From Dictyostelium discoideum (taxonomy: Eukaryota): 64,000 nucleotides of DNA. The position numbers and the translations under genes are program-made. Positions 58,100 through 64,000 of the stretch are shown here, piece after piece (position 1 is the first letter of the stretch; each line of letters starts with the position of its first letter). The DNA lies in the NCBI GenBank assembly GCA_000004695.1, contig CM000153.2:3264001-3328000 (forward strand), given 5' to 3'. Below the pieces are notes generated by a model that saw nothing but the letters and a program-made list of their open reading frames with translations, was not told the DNA's origin and searched no databases.

Positions 58100-59816
58100 A
58101 TGTCAGAAGGAAATCAACCAAAAAGAGTATTAGGATTACCAGATGTTGATCCATCACAACAAGATACATTTGAAACACCTGATCCACCAGAATCAATCTC
58201 AAATTTGGCAGTATGTTATAATATAAATAATATTTAAATATAATATAAAAAAATAAAACAATAATAATAACCAACCATTTTCTATAACTACTATCAATAG
58301 GATGAATCATCAGAATTAGTAAATGAAAGTATTGATAGATCATCACTTAAACCAGCAAAATCACATTTAAAATTTGCAAATAGAAAATTCAATAATGATA
58401 ATGAAGGTAAATTATATTATATCAACCAATTAATCCAATTAATCCAATCAATCATATAGTTAATTAATTAATTAAACAATGAATCAATAATGATCATTAT
58501 TAACAAATTAATTACTTTTAAAAACATGTATATATATATATATATATAGATTTTTCAGATTCAATTTATAAAAAGTCAGTACCAAGAACTGGTGGATTAC
58601 TTAAAAATCAAACCGTATTCGATATATTACCATCAGATGAGAGTAAAGTTGAAACACCACTTCAAAAATTTCAAAGACTTCAATATGAAGTTATGAGTTT
58701 TAGAGAAGAAATGCAGGTAATTGCTGATGTAAGTTTATAATAATATATATATATATTTATATTTAATCATTATCAAAATTATAATTTACATAAATAATAA
58801 TTTATATTTAAAAAATAATAACAACAAATAGAATGGTGGTGAAGTTGAAAAAGATATTAAAGGTGTTGATTTAACACATCAATTAGCAGATTTACAAAAT
58901 CAATTATCACATTTATTAGAGAATGAAAAATTACAACCAATTTTAGACGAAAATAAACAAGTAATTCATTATTCTCAAATTCAAAATAATTCTTCTAAAA
59001 AGCTAATTTCTGAAATTGAATCATTTACACAACAATCATTATCATCATCAACAACTGAACAAAATACACAACAACCATCAAATAATAATACAACTACCAA
59101 TATAACATCATCATCATCAATAACACCAAATCATGTTACTTATGAATTATTTTATACTGGTGAACAATCAAAATCACAACAACTTCAAAGAATTCAAGAT
59201 CTTGAAAAAAGATTAGCAAAATTAGAAACTGCAACTGGAAATAAAACTACCGACTCTGTACCAATAACTCAATCAATTTTAGAGATTAAGGAGAAATTAT
59301 CTTTATTAGATACCACTAAAATTGATGTTTTACAACAAAAAATGAAAGTAAGCTATTTTTTATTTACTTAACACCCACTCTTGATCATTATTTAATATTA
59401 ACAAAAACAATAAAAAAAAAAAAAAAAAAAAAAAGACAGTTTCAAAAGAAATGGAATCATTAAAAATTCAGGATGAAACATCAACAAAAGCATTAACAAC
59501 CAATGAAAAGAAGATTAATGATATATTTGAAACAATGAATAAATGGGATATAGTTGGACAACAAGTACCAGCTATTATAAATAGACTCTACACTTTGAGA
59601 TCTTTACATGAAGAGGGTATCTCATTCTCTAATCATGTTTCAAATTTAGAAAAACAACAAAACGATATCACCTCACTTTTAATATCAAATAGTTCTTTAA
59701 TGAATAAAATGGATGATTCATTTAAATCAAACCTTTTAACAATTAAATCAAATATTCAACAATTAGAATCAAGAATAGAAACATTACAAAATAGACAACA
59801 ACAACAACAACAATAA
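58100..59816 (+). CDS. Dynactin subunit 2 (p50/dynamitin), about 430 aa, 5 exons: 58100..58210, 58301..58406, 58550..58728 (alternative in-frame donor at 58716), 58832..59347, 59436..59816
   Basis: MSEGNQPKRVLGLPDVDPSQQDTFETPDPPESISNLA | DESSELVNESIDRSSLKPAKSHLKFANRKFNNDNE | DFSDSIYKKSVPRTGGLLKNQTVFDILPSDESKVETPLQKFQRLQYEVMSFREEMQ(VIAD) | NGGEVEKDIKG...VTYELFYTGEQSKSQQLQRIQDLEKRLAKLETATGNK... | TVSKEMESLKIQDE...RQQQQQQ*. Matches human DCTN2 recalled from memory ([65 protein letters not shown]). Donors GTATGT, GTAAAT, GTAAGT/GTAATT and GTAAGC. Confidence 0.75.
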
Positions 59817-60152
59817 TGATAAATAATAAATAATAATATGGTTTATTTAATTTTCAAATCTAAACAAAAATGAATACCAATATTTAAATAACCTATAATA
59901 TAAATTTGATTTTTTTTTTTTTTAAATCATAATATTTGTTTAAATTTTATTTTATATTTCTAATTTAAAGACAAAGAGCTAGAAACTTGATAAGAAAGAA
60001 ATAATAGTGTTCGAAATTAGATATATCTTTGAAAAAAAAAAAAAAAAAAAAAATATAATTTAGAGTTATTAAATTTTACAAAAGATTATTTTATTATAAA
60101 TGGAAGTTATTTTTTAAATAAATGTTATTATTATTGAAATTGTTTGTATTAT

Positions 60153-61825
60153 TTATAATCTTTGTTCTAATAACATGTTATTATCTGGAGCGATACCAAC
60201 GCATGCTTTGAAGATATTTTCTATGCAGGCTCTTTGTTTGAAGAGTGCATTTACAACGGTAGCATGTTTTGGAACAATTGGTGCTTTAAGGAGGTATGAT
60301 CTGTAAAAATAAAAGTAAATTATCAATTTATACAATATTTTCATTGATTATTAATATTTTTAAATAAAAAAGAGAAAAGAAATATTATTTAGTATTTTTT
60401 TTTTTTTTTTTTTTAATAATTTTTAAATAAAACTTACAATAATGATAAAACTGGATGGAAAGTAGCAAATTGATCATCATCTTGTTTTTTCATTGTGATA
60501 CGACTAGTAACTTCAGCAAGAATAACTAAATCTAAAATAATTGGAGCGGCTAATAAAGAATCTTCACAAGTGTTGTGGAGAACGATTGTATTGTGACCAC
60601 CCATAAAGATTTGTGAGGTATATTCATCCATAGCTCTCTTTGAATCACCTACGTATGGGACGTATTTGATGACAATAACGTGATCTGGGTGTTCACCTTG
60701 TTTGTAGAGGATGTTATTTGAGGCAATCATATCATCGACAACATTTGATTTGGTAATTTCTTTGGAACGGAATTGTTGTGGAGCAGAGAGATTCTTACCA
60801 TCGTTATTACCTAAATGATTGTATGAAACGATTGAAACTGGTTTAATACCAGCACTGACGAGATAATCAGTGAGGACAGATTTGATTTTGGTTTGACCAG
60901 TTTTGAAATCATCACCACCAATGCTAACATTGTGTTGAATGGCTAAATCAACGACAGCTGGAACAAAGGTGTTTTGTGGTGAACCATTGATGTATGTGGT
61001 ATTTTCGAGGATAGAGGCGACGGCGAATAAAGTGGATGGTGAGATTTCTTCTTCGGAACGATCGATTGCGGCCATTAAATTTTCGATGGTATCATTGACA
61101 CCTGGAACGAGTGAAGAGAAACGTTCAGTGTTTGCGGACCACATAACGACGACGGTGTCGAGTTTGTTTGATTCTTTGAAATCTCTAATATCTTTTCTAA
61201 TTTGTTCCATTTGTTCCTTTTTGGTACCAGTTAAAACATTGTTGGCACGATCCTTTTGATTTGCAGCGATAAAGTCTGGGAAATAGATGGATGGGAGTGG
61301 AGTGATGTTTTTCATGTGTGGAATCAATTGAACTTGTAAATCATAGTCAAAAACTTGAGCACGTTGCATGGCATCAGCTAAGTTGGCATTGTTGATATCC
61401 CAACCACCGAAAACAATATCGTTTGGATGAACCATTGGGATTAAGTTCTTTAATGGAATGTAGGCATCACAACCATTTTCATCCATACCCATTCTAATGG
61501 TTGAGGACATAACAACTGAACCAAAATAGTTTGGTGTTTGAAGACCTTGTTTGGTATTCCAACATAAACCTTCACGATTGGCAATAACACCACCAACTAC
61601 TGTTGTACCATTGTTACCACATAAACCAACAATCATAACACCCATTCTTGGAACTTTACGTTCAGTCTTGAAAATATATTTTTGATCAACTGGTTCAACA
61701 ATTAATTCACCATTAACATTTTGAACTTTGGTAGTTTGATAAGTATAATCGGAAATAATATGTTCATCTGTATATTTAACATTTGGTGAATTAACCTTGA
61801 ATGATTCAAACATTTGTGCTGACAT
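60153..61825 (-). CDS. ino1: Inositol-3-phosphate synthase (myo-inositol-1-phosphate synthase), 511 aa; exons 60439..61825 (wait: 60438..61825) and 60153..60300; intron 60301..60437
   Basis: [34 protein letters not shown]..., ...[16 protein letters not shown]..., ...[24 protein letters not shown]...; the C-terminal exon ...HPVLSL|[49 protein letters not shown] matches MIPS C-termini (..SYLTKAPLVPPGTPVVNAL.KQRAMLENI.RACVGL.PENNM.LE). Exon 1 is 60438..61825 (phase-2 donor TT|GTAAGT, acceptor TTTTTACAG|A). The ORF-track N-terminal extension [10 protein letters not shown]... is upstream read-through. Confidence 0.85.
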
Positions 61826-63386
61826 TATTTTTTGTATATATGTTTGTTGATTTATCTGTGAAAAAATAAAAAAAAATAAAAAGTAAAAAAAAAAAAAAAC
61901 AGTTGCCAAAAAAAAAAAAAAAAAATTTTAGAAAAAAAAAAAAAAAAATATCAAAAAAAAAAAAATAAAATAAAAAAAAATAAAAAAAAATAAATTCGTT
62001 AGAAGGTCCCTTTTTTAATAGAAGGAAAAATAAAAAATTTTATAATAAATGTTTAAAAATTATTTAATTTAATTATTTTTAAATAAATAAATGAATAGTT
62101 ATTTCCAGCATTGCAAAATTTTTAAAAGAATAATTTCAAAAAAAAATCTATTTTTGTGTGTGTGTAATTTGTTGGATTTTTTTTTTTTATTTTTTCGTTT
62201 GTTTAAAAAAAAAAAAAACAATTATTTGTTTTTTTTATTTTTTTTTCTAAATTTAATTTAAATTATTTTATTTAAAAATAATAAAAAAAAATACATACAA
62301 ATATTAAATTTAATGTGGTTTGGTTTTTGATAATACGATAAATTGTATTTTTTCAAATTACTAAAAAAAAAAAAAAAAAACCTATTTTTAAGTAAAAAAA
62401 AAAATTTAAAAAAAAAATTAAAATTAAAAATCCAAAAAAAAAAAATTTAAATTTCCCCCTCAATGGTATTTTCAACTCAACATAGTATTTGATCCCGCAA
62501 TCAATGATACGATTTTTTTTTTTTTCCAAATTTTTTTTTTTTTTTTTTTTTTTATTTTTTTTTTTTTTTTTAATGAGAGAAAATTGAAAGGGTGTCGACG
62601 AGTTTTTTTGTAAATTCCAGAATTTGAATCGTACAAAGAAATAAAAAAAAAAAGAATAAATTAATTGTTTTTTGAATAAGCCATATTTTATTAAAAATTC
62701 AAACAATTACCAAAATAATATGGGTTTTTAAAACAATAATGATGATCACAAATTGATTTCAATTTAAGTTCTTTACAGTTTGCAACCTTAAATTTTGATT
62801 TTTTAAATTAAAAATTTTTTTTTTTTTTTTTTTTTCACCGAATGGCATTGCATTTCCCAAATTATTGACTCAAAATATAAAAAAGGAAATTTAATTTAAA
62901 ACAGATTATTTTAATTTTTCCCACCTTTTGGTATAAATAAAAATAATAATATTAATATTAAAATTTATATTTATTTAATTAATTTTTTTTTTTTTTTTTT
63001 TTCATTTCATATTATTTTATTCAGAGAATGGATTTTGCAAACAAAGCAAATGACATCAAAAATAATTTTTTTTTTTTTTTTTAACACCAAAGGGTATGAT
63101 AGATATTTGCAATCTTGACCAAAAGCAACTTTTAAAAATAAAAATCTTTTCAATTTATTTTTGGTCAGGGAAATTTAAAAGTTCCAAAAAGAAATTAATT
63201 CTAATAATTCAATTCAAAGTTTAACAAAATTTTAAACCATATGTGGTTTTTTATTTTTTAGTGTTTTTAGAAAAAAAAAAAAAAAAATAAAAATAAAAGT
63301 AAATAGATTAATTATTATGTAATTTTAAAATACATGTTCTTATTGTTATTATTTTATTTTGTTTATTTAATTTTTTTTTTTTAATT

Positions 63387-63539
63387 TTAATTTTCCATCC
63401 ATTTTAATGTGCCTAAAAGTAAAAATCTTGAAGGAAGTGGACCCGGTGCTGGTGAAATAACTGTAATTTTCTTTGTTTCCATATCGATATCAGAACTATA
63501 AATAAAATAAAATAAAATAAATAAAAAAAGGTTAGTTAA

Positions 63540-63589
<50 letters not shown>

Positions 63590-63906
63590 TACACATAAAG
63601 GAAACCAGCAACATTTGAATGAAAAATATTTGAAGCTTGTTTTGCATAAGAGATTGCAAATATTGAATGACACATATCTAAACTAGGATAAACTTCAGTG
63701 ATTTGAAGTGGATCAATTTGAGATGAAGTACCAATTGGTAATGCTGAAGCTGGTGCAGCAGGACCACCACCAGTTCTATAAATACTAACATCTTTAAAAT
63801 CTAATACTATATAATGTGGTGATAAATTATCGTTTATACCATTAAAATATTCTTTTATTCTATTCATTCTTGTTTTTTTTCTAAATACTGGTGGTCTTAT
63901 AAATAC
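63387..63906 (-). CDS. Hypothetical small protein, 3' two exons (63387..63495 and 63593..63906; T-rich 97-nt intron); probable additional 5' exon beyond the window end (...PKSGG|GTAATG near 63950-63965)
   Basis: VFIRPPVFRKKTRMNRIKEYFNGINDNLSPHYIVLDFKDVSIYRTGGGPAAPASALPIGTSSQIDPLQITEVYPSLDMCHSIFAISYAKQASNIFHSNVAGFLY | V-SDIDMETKKITVISPAPGPLPSRFLLLGTLKWMEN*. Donor TAT GT|GTATGT (phase 2), acceptor TTTATAG|T. The in-frame upstream reading terminates exactly at a candidate acceptor AAATAG|GTA (63906). No family recognised. Confidence 0.4.
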
Positions 63907-63950
63907 CTATTTGAAATAAATAAATTTATTATTAGTTAGTAAATTTATTG

Positions 63951-63982
<32 letters not shown>

Positions 63983-64000
63983 TACACCACCAGATTTTGG

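Overview
This window is AT-rich eukaryotic nuclear DNA (roughly 20-25% GC) with the hallmarks of a Dictyostelium discoideum chromosome: long homopolymer A/T runs, coding AAT/CAA/TCA microsatellites giving poly-Asn/Gln/Ser tracts, and short AT-rich GT..AG introns with GTAAGT/GTATGT donors. There are no prokaryotic operons, CRISPR arrays or defence islands. I can support about 30 protein-coding genes and two tRNA genes. Housekeeping genes: NOG1 GTPase (3' part), an amidohydrolase, a DUF836 glutaredoxin-like protein, an EF-hand Ca-binding protein, TRM112, a Tim17-family protein, TAF8, a TARBP1-like SPOUT methyltransferase, dynactin p50, inositol-3-phosphate synthase and a 2OG-Fe(II) oxygenase. 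Lineage-specific genes: two FNIP-repeat genes, an FG-GAP + EGF-repeat transmembrane adhesion-receptor-like protein, a pair of paralogous P-loop GTPases with a C-terminal Cys cluster, and a tandem array of three large paralogs (Pmp-like beta-helix ectodomain + Cys-rich module + polytopic TM domain). The triplicated family shows mosaic gene conversion and diversification and is the most interesting system here. Other points worth a second look are an eIF2B-epsilon-like gene remnant, a repeat array made of copies of one gene's first 25 coding nucleotides, conserved overlapping uATGs, structured GC-rich hairpins in AT deserts, and a tRNA-Gly gene with a downstream external B box. All splice sites were placed by eye from reading-frame continuity and GT..AG consensus, and are uncertain by a few nucleotides where stated.
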